Shown: piece after piece, positions 13,130 to 25,876 of the stretch | Layout of the letters: every line of letters begins with the position of its first letter | Numbering within the stretch: position 1 is the first letter of the stretch | Translations under genes and position numbers: made by a program | The notes under the pieces: generated by a model | What the model saw: only the letters and a program-made list of their open reading frames with translations | Database searches by the model: none | Told to the model about the DNA's origin: nothing | Assembly: GCA_964035545.1 (NCBI GenBank) | Contig: OZ037765.1 | Span: 16,182,995-16,246,994, forward strand | DNA: 64,000 nt | DNA from: Bugula neritina | Lineage: Eukaryota; Animalia; Bryozoa | Reading direction: 5' to 3'

Positions 13130-14989
13130 TATATTGTTTCTAAAAAATACCTACATGCAGGTATATTGTTTGATACACATGACTGTAAGGAAATAATTTT
13201 AAGCAATTCCCCAAAAGTTACTGTAGGCCTACTATTCAAATTATATATTAAATATCTATTTTTGGAGTTTGATGCTTAAAAAGTTTGTTAGTGCAACTAG
13301 CTGAAAAATAATTTCAAGCTCAAAAATGTCTTACAAGAAAGGTTCTTTATTTTCATTCAAATAAAATCTTGAGCTTGCCTTTAACTCACACTACTATCAC
13401 ATTAATAAATACCCAGCAAAGCAAGCTGTGTGTAGTTATCTAGCTAAGTGAGTTATGACTGTAGATTTACAATCTACCCAGGGATATAACAAGATCGACC
13501 GCTAATACTTTATCTTGCCTAAAGCTGTGCACTTGACAAATTTGTGTTTGCAAACTAAGCATGGTGTACTCTAGTAATTACAGCATAATTATATTTTTGA
13601 TATTCAAGAAGCTACCAACAAAAGTGACTTTCTTATGTAAATAACAATTCCATGCAGTGTTTTTATTTGCAGCGGAGAAAACCTTACTATGCAATTAATG
13701 CTACTACATCAAATTTTCTCAAAATTTTGTCATACAGCAGTATACGTTGACTAGCATGTTATTCAATATATAAAGAACAATTTATTTTCATAAAATATCT
13801 TTTGCTATACAAGTGCGATTATAGGAAACAAATGAGGCTTCGACTATAAGATCAGGAAGCTCTGGATACATACATATTCAAGTCACTACTAGTTCTTATC
13901 TCAGTGACAAATATATACATTATAAATTAGATGGTAATAAAATGTATATATACATGTATACATATGTGTAATTGCAGTAATGAAAAAATAATACTTTAGC
14001 TAGTGCTTCAAGATAGAGAATACTGACCACTATTTTTTAGTAAAACAAGGTTTAACAGCCTTTGGACATTTTCTACTGAATTTAACTTTGGGGCAACAGA
14101 TTTTGTTTTGTCTATAGGATATAGCTTTAGTGTCACTGTCACTACTATTATTTTTTTTCTAATGGGAAATACATTGTATAATCTAGATTTGAAAGTTTTC
14201 TTCTTGTTACTAATTGGGGAGACAACTTCATCATCATTTTCCTCTTCAATATCTTCCAATGTTATACTATGGTCTATTACTTTCTCAAACACACATACTC
14301 TATCATTTAACACATCTCTACCAATAGCACTCTTTACGTTTTTAATAAAGACTTTCATCTCTATAACTTTATTCAGATTTCTAAAAATATATGTCAATAT
14401 ATGTAGCATTGGCTTGCATGCATATGATTAGATTTATCTTGTAATACATTTATATTTCACGTTTTAAATTCACATAAACTGCATCACAAAGCTACACTAC
14501 AGAAGTAAAAAGTATATAACATTTATCTTTTGGAATTGTATTCCCTGCTGCATGTTTTTACTGTGATGCGCAATGCATTATGTCATCCATTACGTGTACT
14601 GTTGCGCACCGACCAGCATTTTTTTTTAATTATTCAAACATCAGTTTTCAATGGAGTAAAAAGTTTCAGTCTTTGATGAATTTCTATATACTGTATCTTC
14701 TATGAACGAATACTATGATGTGCTAATATCTAATAATTATATAATTATAGATGACAACATTTAATATTATTAAGCTTATATAAACCATCTGTTTTAAGCC
14801 TTAAAAACTTTACAAGTAAACTTACTCAGTAAGAATGTTATAGGTTGAAGAGATGGTCTCATTCCCACAAGTAGCAAGAGATGTAATGCGTTGCTTATAA
14901 TTATAATAGATACAGATACTAGTATGTGTATCCATTATACCTATAAGCAACACATCACCAACTTGCAAACGCCTGCAAACACTTGTCAA
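13130..14989 (-). CDS. Putative multi-exon uncharacterised gene (exons 14989-14826 and 14380-~14028; further candidates ~13750-13688, ~13554-13478, ~13220-13130)
   Basis: Exon 14989-14826 (LTSVCRRLQVGDVLLIGIMDTHTSIC...YNILT, donor GTAAG) splices in frame to the ORF at 14380 (ENLNKVIEMKVFIKNVK...). The three smaller candidates join each other in phase, but the link from 14028 is unresolved. May be the same gene as 7435-9532. Confidence 0.4.
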
Positions 14990-16292
14990 CTAGAGAACAA
15001 GAATACACTTAGGTGTCAATATAAATGGAGCTGTGTAATTGCTTTATTTTTTGTATCTCACTTCTGACACCATATCCTAATGAATTATCCATTGACTGCT
15101 TTTATGCCAGAAATTATATTCTAACAGGCACAGTTACTAGTGACTATTTGAAGCTGGACATATAACAACCAAACACTGAAGGTACAAAATCCAAGGCAAA
15201 CGACTCACTTTATTACGGCCGAGTTCACATAATTCCTGCCATGCCACTTCCTCAGACAATGTGATATTTCACCATTGATAAGATAATTATAAAATAAATG
15301 TACATGTTTATTACACAATATAAATATTTATATATTATCATTTTATAGTATTAATATGACTAGATTTATAATAACATAGGCTATACAGAAATACTTTCTG
15401 AAAAAAATGCACTGCAGTTTCTGTAATAAAAGACTAAAAATATAGCCATGTGTTGATATTTATAGTATTATCTATACAGTAAAATGTGTTAACTACATAT
15501 ACATGTAGCATATGAGGCCCATGTATACACACACACTCAGTAAATACAGCAGCTTTTTTCAACAATTTAGCAACAAAAGTTGAAATATTATGTAAAGAAT
15601 CATCAAATTAATCAGCAGATTTGATAATAAACTAATTGTCAATTCAGTATTAAGCTGTTTGCATTGAATTCCTACAGGTCACAGTGAAGACAACTTCTAA
15701 ACAGAGAATACGATAAATCAATGTATCTTATACTAACCATACATGTAGACTTGAAATACACACTTTTGGCAGCAGAGTCAGAAGTGTGCATTTTTTATAA
15801 TACCACAACATTGATGCCAGGTGCTTATTTGAGTAGCTATAATACAGACAGTATAACTTTTATTACTCCAGGTCACTATTGCTTTGCAACCCATCTTAAC
15901 ACTGGCTTTAATCTGAGTAAAATGGTTAGCTACAGGTTTTGTTATGTTTCAATACTTTTATATATGTGTGAACAGGTTTCACTTGTTAAAGGCTTGTGCT
16001 GAACTTTAATTGTTTTTCAACCTAATTAGTTTACTGTATTACATCATTAACTGCATTTGCATTGTATTAGCTAAGTTTTATTTATTTTTATTATATAACT
16101 TTGTTTTCTTGCGTGTGATTAATGCATATACCACGCATTGTTATCTACTACTACTACTATACTACTACTATATTCTGTAGTAAGGTTTATTTTTAAACAA
16201 TGAAACTTCAACAATGAGCTGAAAAAATAAGAGTTATGTAATAACTTAATGTAATGAATTCCAAAATACAACTTAGCTATTCCAAATTAAAA

Positions 16293-17387
16293 ATGGCTAT
16301 TAGATTACTTAAGCTAAATGTATTATTTATCACGTCTTTGGAACTTTGTGAGAAAAGTTCTGTAGTGTTCAGTGATGAGCACATATTACTAGTAGTGTTC
16401 AGTTTTATTCTTCAGTGCAGGTAAACTTTCATACAGCTACTATGAACTTCTTTAATATACTTCATATTTTATTATGTTGAACTTGCCTAAATATGAAAAC
16501 AAAACTTGCACAAATAGAAAACTTAACAGATTAAAATATATAAATAGATATACATATACAACTGCACTCATTCAAGGGAAGGTATAATATAACTTATTTA
16601 AATGTTGTATCACTTTTTGATAAAGCATTGTGATCTGTTTCTTTTTAGGGTTATCTTCTCAAAACAACGATGCAGACGTCCCAAAATAACCTTCAAATTA
16701 GATAACTCAAGCCAGACTTTAAAAAGTTGTATCATCTCTGGAGCAGAAAATCCACAAAAGTCACCTGGTAAGAAGAAAAATGCACCACAAAAGACACATG
16801 GAAACTTGACAGAAAAGTTGAATAATAACAGCACTGAGATGCTAGATGACGCAGAGAAAAAGTTAAAGGTAGCGGAGAACAAACTTAAAAAGTTGGAAGA
16901 TGATATAAAATTATTTGACAATACCTGGGAGAATTTAGTAAGCAAAGATAAAAAAATGGTGGAGGGCTTTACAGATGACTTTGGCTCCATAAGCTCAGAA
17001 ACTGAAAAGAGTAAGCTGAACTCTGGAAACTCAAAACGACCAACAGGCAAAACTGATATACGAGATGAGACGACATCCACAGAGAAGAATAACATCTTAA
17101 CTCCATCAGTTGACATTGAATCTGTATTTGAAGAGGATTGGAAGCCGTTTGATGTTTCTCCAAATACTTCTAACCAACATCGTCTGCCCGAAACTTTTCA
17201 AGATATTTGGCCACCATTAGCTTCCACCATACTCTTAGAAGACATAGAAACACATGCACAGAAACATTGGTGGGGAGTGATCAAGAAGACAGCAGCAGAC
17301 AGAAAACAGATCAGCTTGAAAAAGTCAGCCAAAGACAGAATAATGAAACTGCTGACGTGCTCTTCTGTACGCCCTTTGTCATCCTAA
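16293..17387 (+). CDS. Orphan gene with short coiled coil, intact copy (exons ~16293-16420 and 16650-17387)
   Basis: The 261-aa ORF is conserved at protein level with the inverted copy. An upstream exon MAIRLLKLNVLF...FILQCR ends in AG|GTAAAC and joins TTTAG|GGTTATC in frame. Coiled coil MLDDAEKKLKVAENKLKKLEDDIK. The start is tentative. Confidence 0.55.
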
Positions 17388-17612
17388 ACCTGTTCTATGT
17401 GTATAAATCTATTGTACTCTCTTCTCATGCACTGCTCCAGTTGGTTTTAGACCAATGTTTAATTATGTGGAACAGCTGAAGGAGTTATTTGTCTACTGCA
17501 GAGACATACAACTTTGTATTTAACTGAGTGTCTGTGTTATCCATTTTATCTGTTTTATGTTTTATGTCTCGAACTCATGCTTTTTATGTTTCGATTATTT
17601 GAGTAGTATATA

Positions 17613-17864
<252 letters not shown>

Positions 17865-20294
17865 AACGCTGTTTCAAAACATGATATATTTAATTTATAT
17901 CATGTAAAATTGTTCTTCTTTTAAGAATGTTGCTTTAATTCTTCTGTTGGTTTGTTGATAATGGTGAATAAAAGGACTCAATATTGTTGTTTAAAAATTG
18001 ATTTGATGTGAGTGCTGCAGCATATAACAGATTTAATAATTATTGTGTGTGGATCTCAGCGTACATTTATACGACTTTCAAAGTCATTACAAATAAAGTT
18101 GTCTTGAACACACAAATTATATGAAATAGAACAAAATAAAGCCACCTTTTAAATGTCTGATTCAAATACATGTAGCCTGCAAATTAAATATTATTAGGAT
18201 TTCATTGTTTAATGATTCGTAGGAATTTGGAATAAAAAAAATGTGCTTGAAAATTGCTGAAGCTGTGGCCTCCCAGCTCATGCTAAGTTTTATAATGTGC
18301 CTCTCAGTGCTAGAATACTATTCCACTTCAGTTGCCCTTGCTCTGAAATGGTTGAACCACTGAGCTGGGAAAGACCATTATTATTGAGTTCGATTATTAT
18401 TATTATTTATTATATATATTATTTATTTATATATATTATTACCGTTATTATTGAGTTCGATGGGTTGAACATTCCGCCAACCTGCTCTAAAGTAAATATA
18501 AATTTCCGCCTACTATATATGCTGTCAAAGTGTCATAGCTTGATTGCATGAAACACAGTCAAATGATGATGACTCATATCACCCAATATGTTGCTGTCTT
18601 ATGACTCGGGTGATTTCTAGTATAAATATAATATATATTATACATGTATATATATTAAGTGATTGAGCTTTCTAACCAAATGGTCACAAAATCAAGCTGT
18701 TAGCATTTTGCAAGGCTTGTGACTCCTAGGTGACCCCTAGAGTCACTTGAGCTCTCTAGCTGACTTGAGTTTACACACCTTTTAAATATGCTTTATAGTA
18801 AAAACATCAGTTTCTACTATTGCGAAGGTGTGGGCCATGGTAATCTGTTCTGATGAGGGGACAAATCCCTAAACAGCTGCTGTCTACAAAGTGAGATATA
18901 TAATATAATAGATGCAAATATATGCGATTACCAAACTTATTTATATATACTATATAGTAGTACCTACAGAATAAGAACAATATAGAACATTTGAAGAATG
19001 GGTGTATCAAAAGAGAGTTATAATAATAAAATATTATCTTATTGTGCAATGATTGTTATTTTCAAATAAAAACTGATATCGAATAAAATGATAAATATAT
19101 TATTAAATCGACAGCATATTTGTGAGCATGCATTTCCTACTACTAATGATTTACAGCATCTTTTTATAAGAAAAAATTACTTTGTGACATCTTAGCAAAT
19201 ATTATTTGAAAATAAAAGTTATGCTTAACTCAACGTAATAAATATTCAAATACTGGATAGGTGTTACATTACAACAGGAGAGAGAATGGGTGCTATTTAA
19301 ATGCTAAGCAAAGTGTTGTTTACTTTGGATTAGGAATTGTGTAAAAAATTGTATGGTTTACTGTTAATGCTGAGCATTTCTTGCAAACCATTTTCATCAG
19401 GGGAGGTAAGCTCAAATACATGTTATTTTATTAAAAGTATTTCACTATAAAAATAACTGTAGGCTGTGACTTTTGTTTTAAATTTTAAATTCGATTTAGA
19501 GATTTCAATTAATGAACAGGGAAAAATTTACCCAATATCTACTTTGAAATTTATGTACATAACTACTTATAGTAAACTTATATTTTAGACACCATGACTG
19601 TCTCCATCTTCAGAGTTATTGCAGATGTTATTATTTTTATTATCTAATAACTCTATATACTATAGATACTAGTATTATATTTATAGATTATGAAGTGAAA
19701 GGAAACTACTGTTGAAGTGCTTCCAATTTCAACTCAAATTGATTCATATTGTATTATTAGGGAAAATCTTTCTAGAACCCTTTGTATATAAACTACTGAG
19801 AAATACATTTTTTACATGAATATCCATGAATAGCTGCAGTCTCATGATTTTTTTTTTAGACTGGCATACACAGATACATGGAAAATAATATTAAAAGCTG
19901 TTTTAAAAGAAATATTTATATCTCAGTATGCAGATATATTAATTAATTGGGATTATGGAAAGTAAGAGCGACAACTTCTAAAACTAAACGAGGAACTATG
20001 CGTTGAAATTCTACTTATACCAGTCAAACTACAATATCTCGAACCAAACAGAAAATCTTGCAGAAAGTGGGACAACTCTAAACATTTGCAGTACTAGAGT
20101 TTAGCTTAATGAGTATTGGATAAAGTCAACGATAAGGTACATGCAGAGAAGGTTACTGTCCTGCAACTGCTGCAGGAACAGAACACATGTTCATATGTAA
20201 ATAACAGAGTAATAACTTTGTGTAGTAGCTGCAGTGAAAGTAAGACTTTCCAAAGGTTTTCTTCTATGGTTTAATTTGAAACAACTGCAGCGAC

Positions 20295-20892
20295 ACTTAT
20301 TGTTGTTTCTTTTCTATAAGATCATCTGTATTTACTAATATTGCTGCATGTAGGTATAGTGATGGCCAGTTTATTATATACTCAAGTATATCAAAGAGCT
20401 TTAAACTGTACATTCAGTACTGTGGTTTGAGTTGCAGTAGGTGTGCTAGAGCTGAGTTTACATCTTTGGTACTCACTGAAGGCACCTCAGAATTACCATT
20501 TGATGGTCCTCAACATGCGTTAGTGTTTTTTTCTGCTGTATGAATATTAGTTTAAGTTTATAGGCCTTCTTCTAAATTGAAATATAGCCCTGGCAGTACT
20601 TATTGTTGTTTCTTTTCTAGAATTAGATCATTTGTATTTACTAATATTGCTGCAGGTGCAGTGACAGTCAATTTTTTTCCCCGATCGTATTTTTGTTTCC
20701 TCAGCATGTATATAATAGTCAAGAATCAAAGAGCTTTAAACTGTATATATACAGTACTGTGGTTTGAGTTGCAGTAGGTGTGTTAGAGTTGAGTTCACAT
20801 CTTTGGTACTCACTGAAGGCACCTCAGAATTATCATTCGATGGTCCTCAACATGCTTTAGTGCTTTTTCTGCTGCATGAATATTAATTTAAC
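20295..20892. repeat. Direct tandem duplication of ~260-300 bp
   Basis: 20295-20555 and 20597-20892 share ACTTATTGTTGTTTCTTTTC...CAGTACTGTGGTTTGAGTTGCAGTAGGTGTG...GGCACCTCAGAATT...GAATATTA. Confidence 0.9.
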
Positions 20893-22032
20893 TTCCAATT
20901 TGGTTTCTCAGTGTCTGCAGAGTCTGATTATTTCAAAGTATGTTGGGTTGCTATATAATATGATGAACTGGATATATTATATGTTTGAACTAATAATATA
21001 CATATGCTACATATATTTTCAACTAATTCAATCAACTACATAAACAGGATGAGTGAGAGAGAGTTAGTTAAATATAAATGTTCTCTGTGCTATAGATAAA
21101 TAATCAAATTGTTCCACAGAATTAAAAGTTGATGTATAAAAAATAAACTGGAATAGTAAGAGAAGCTTATAATAATATTATCTATAGAGCCTTTCATTGG
21201 TTGCTGAACTGCAGGTTACTTTGTATATGTACAGTTTGGTAAAATAACAGCTATTTCTTGTAGCTATTTTGGTTAAATCAAAAAGTTATAAAAATTATGT
21301 ATATATTTTTTCCATTTTAAATATTTTATTATATTTTATGTTGAAAAAGTTGGCTAAAGTTCTAAATAATGCATGTGTAATTATACTTCTGCAAATAAAA
21401 CTAATTATTATCATACTGGCGAAATGGAATAGATTGTAAATAAATCTATTATAGTAAAAGAAAGATTGTAAACTATAGTCATTAGAAGAAATTTTTGCCT
21501 TTAGATTAACTTAGCAGGCTTCTTGCAAAGCATGTACCTTATGATATGAGTAAAAATGCATTTCAATGAACTCTATAGAATCTCGTATAAATAAAAGTAG
21601 CTAACATAATTCAAATGCAGTATTTAAGGTGCTTGATTAAGCAATCAAGGTGGAAAAATATTGAAAGTAAACAAAAGACTATATAACAAATATATAAGTT
21701 CTCACAAATATCTAAAAATATTGAAATATAATAGCAACTGTAAAGCCACTGTTAAGATGGGCTGCAAAGCAATAGTGACTTGAGTAATAAAAACTATACT
21801 GTCTGTATAATAGCTACTTCCTGTCATCAATGTTGTAGTACTATAAAGAGATATCATATATTTACTAGCTCTCTGATACTGCTGCCAGAAGTGGGTATTT
21901 CAAGTCTATTTGAATAATGAGTTGGGATACAATAGTTTAAATTGTAAATAATATCTACTTGTACATTAGGAGTTGTAATCACACTATGAACGTGAATTGA
22001 GCTGCTTTGCTTGCGATTAACGGCCTGCTGCA

Positions 22033-22270
22033 AGTTACTATTCTGTAAGTTACTTTACTTTATAAGTTACTCAACTGTAAGCTACTCTTCTGCAAGTTAC
22101 TCTACTGTGAGTTATTATACTCTAAGCTACTCTACTGCAAGTTACTCTACTGTGAGTTACTCTACTGTGAGTTATTCTACTGTAAGTTACTTTACTGTAA
22201 GTTACTCTACTGTAAGTTATTCTACTGTATATTATGTTACTCTAAAATAAATTCCTCAACTGTAAATTGC
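22033..22270. repeat. 15-bp minisatellite (GTTACTCTACTGTAA)n
   Basis: Tandem degenerate 15-mers. Confidence 0.9.
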
Positions 22271-23403
22271 AGAGCTGTTATAAATTACAGATTATATCAG
22301 CAGTTTTTGATGTTGAATTTTTGGCAGCTGAATATATTGTCGGCATAAGACAGCACCATGTTGGGTGATTTGAGTCATCATTCACTTTGTTAATGACAAG
22401 GAAAGTATTTACTAGTGACAGATTATTGAAATGTTACTATACCTACATTGATTAGCCTTGTTTAGGAAGAAAAATTTACATAACTGAAAATATTATAGGT
22501 TCCAGGAGATAAATAAACGTATTATTATTTTTATATTTGCCAGCAGTTTCATTGAATTCAGAGAATGAGTTTTAAATTGTTTGACTGTGTTTCATGCAAT
22601 TAAACTATGGCACTTTGGTTGACTTGAATATTCATTACTTTAGAGTAGGTTGGGGGAGAGCTGTATGTCAAACTTTTTCAGAGCAATGGCTACTGAAATA
22701 GAATATTCTGGTAATAGTTCATGGTAAAATTTAGCATGACTTGGGAGTCACATGGCTTCAGTATTTTTTTTCAAATTACTTTATTCCAAATTTCGATGAA
22801 TTATCACACAATGAAATTCTAATATTTACGGCAAGCTATATGCTTTTCAGCAAGCATTTAAATCAGATATTTGAAATATGGTTTTATTTTTATTTTATTC
22901 TAATTCACATATGTGTATGTGAAAAAGAATTTTATTTGTTAAGTCTTTGAGAGCTTGCAGGCCTGTAGGCTAACGGTGACACCCAGTCTGGTCGGCTGCT
23001 TGTTGGACAGCACTGCTTTAGAGTATCAATTGATAGTTGCAATTATATATGTTATAAAACTGTTTATATTCCCTAATTTTGAAATTACCATGGTGGTGTT
23101 CGGCAATTACTATATATTTTCAAATAATTCAAAACATAAAAATCATGAGTTTGAGACAAATATTATATGGTCAATTATCTAGAGAAGACTGATAGGGTTA
23201 TATATAAAGAAAAACATAAAACAGATAAAATGGATAACACAGATACTTTATAGGTAAATATTAAAGTTGATGTTCTCTGCAGTGGACAAATAACTCGTTC
23301 AGCTGTTCCACATAATTAGACATTGGTCTAGAACTAACTGGAGCAGTGCATGGGAGGAGAATACAATATAGATTCACACACAGGTACAACTAATAAAACA
23401 AGT

Positions 23404-24507
23404 TTAGGATGACACAGGGCGTACAGAAGAGCATGTCAGCAGTCTTATTATTCTGTCTTTGGCTGACTTTTTCAAACTGATCTGTTGTCTGTCTTCTGCT
23501 GTCTTCTTGATCACTCCCCACAAATGTTCCTGTGCATGTGTTTCTATGTCTTCTGAGAGTATGTTGGAAGCTAATGGTGGCCAAATATCTTGAGAAGCTT
23601 CGGGCAGATGTTGGTGTTTGTTAATAGTACTTGGAGAAACATCAAACAGCTTCCAATTCCCTTCAAATATAGATTCAATGTCAACTGATGAAGTTAAGAT
23701 GTTATTCTTCTTTGTGGATGTCATCTCATTTTGTATATCAGTTTTGCCTGTTGGTTGTTCTGAGTTTCCAGAGTTCAGTTTACTTTTTGCAGTTTCTGAG
23801 CTCAAGGAGCCAAAGTCATCTGTGAAACCCTCCGCCATCTTTTCATCATCTTTGTTTAATAAATTCTCCTAAGTATTGTCAAATAGTTTTATATCATCTT
23901 CCAACTCTTTAAGTTTTTTCTCCGCTACCTTTAACTTTTTCTCTGCGTCATCTAGCATCTCAGTGCTGATATTATCCAACTTCTCCGCCAAATTTCTATG
24001 TATCTGTTGTGGTGCATATTTCTTCTCATCAGGTAAATTTTGTGGATCTTCTACTTTAGAGATAATGAAACTTTCTAAAGTCTGAGTTGAGTTATCTAAA
24101 TTAAAGATTCTTTTGGGACATCTGCATCTTTGTTTTGGGAAGATAACTCTAAAAAAGAAACACATAACGTTTTATCAAAAGGTGATACAATATTTAAATA
24201 AGTTATATTATACCTTCCCTTGAATGAGTGCAGTTGTATATGTATATCTATTTATATATTTTAATATGTTAAGTTTTCTATTTGTGCATGCATAAACAAT
24301 TCATATTTAGGCAAGTTCAACATAATAAAATATGAAGTTTATATAAAGAAGCTCATATAGTAGCTGTATGAAAGTTTACCTGCACTGAAGAATAAAACTG
24401 AACCCTACTAGTAATATGTGCTCATCACTGATCACTACAGAACTTTTCTCACAAAGTTCCAAAGACATGATAAATAATACATTTAGAATAAGTAATCTAA
24501 TAGTCAT
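23404..24507 (-). pseudogene. Inverted paralogue of 16293-17387 with a premature stop
   Basis: Same exon layout. DNTW (TGG) of the + copy is DNT* (TAG) at 23871-23869, and the frame continues homologously to ...TCSSVRPVSS*. Confidence 0.7.
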
Positions 24508-25876
24508 CTTTAATTCCCTGTAGCTAATTTGTACTTTGGAATTCACTACATTAAGTTATTACATAACTTTTATTTTCAGCTCATTGTTGAATTTTCATTG
24601 TTTGAAAATAAATCTTATACAATATAATCTAATAGTAGTAGTTATATATCTAAAACTCATTCAACTGAACTTTAGTCCTGCAAATGTTTAGAGTTGTCCC
24701 ACTTCTTGCAAGATTTTCAAATCGGTTCAAGATATTGCAATTTGATTGGCATAAGAATAGCATTTCAACATGCAGTTCCTTGTTTAGTTTTGGAAGTTGT
24801 CTCCTTTATGTGTAATAATTTCAATCAATTTATATATGTGCTGCATGCTGAGAGCTGAAGCTCCATTGTAGAGTAACCTCTGATATTATATCTTTCCATG
24901 GCAGTATATAAGGTTTTGGGTATACCAGTCTGCATGTACTAGTATATAAGTATACGTAGTAGTCATACATATGAGAGGGTCAGCAACGAACATTCTTTGT
25001 TTGGTTGAAGCTAATAAGTTGATGTTGTACCCTGTGAAAATGTAGAACAAAACACACAATTTAACTCAAAATGGAATATTATCAAAATATAATATGTAAA
25101 TCATACTAAAACTTAACTAACAGATGCAACTTATGTAGCTATGAGAAATAAATTATCCTAAAACAACCAGAATTATCCTCCATCAACAAGCGTAATGAAC
25201 TTTCCAGTACATGCAAGCACAGAGGTAAATTTTTGCTATTAAGTGGTTAACTACAAATAAATTTACAGTTGTGCAACTCATAGTCACTGTATAGGTGAGA
25301 GGAAAAGCGCTCACGCTCTAAATATATTTCATTTGATTGCAAGATCAGTTAACGGAGCCTAAAGATAGTTCTAAAGGTAGTTCTTCTTTTCCAGTACCTT
25401 GAAAGCACGAATTCCAGATTTTTATAAAATGAAACTTCTACTGAAATACAGCCTGTAGGTGTATGAACTGGTATAAAGCTTCTTGAAAATTACGGCAAGA
25501 AGCTCAGGTCTAATTGCTTTTTTGCCTACTTTTTAACTAGTTTGTTTTCAGCATCATTTTAGATATAAGAAAAAAATTACCTATAAAAATCTACCAAACT
25601 ATTTCAATATTACAGATTACTAATACAAAATGAATTTCACTTGCTGAATAGAGTTTGAAATAATTACCCTACATGCACGCACCACACTGGTTTTACCTGC
25701 GGAACAATGTACTAGTACCACTATATTACAAAGTAACAAAAGAGCCAATCAAGGAGCCAATCAATTTAGTTTATTTCAACAAAAAGTTGAACAAAAAATT
25801 GCACAGAGAAGTGATAAGTAAAATATGATTTAACATATAAAACACATTTATACACAAAAAACGAAATAGCTGCAGG

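Noticed and set aside
22011-22250. YSTVS-repeat ORF
   Set aside because: Translation of a 15-bp minisatellite with a non-ATG start.
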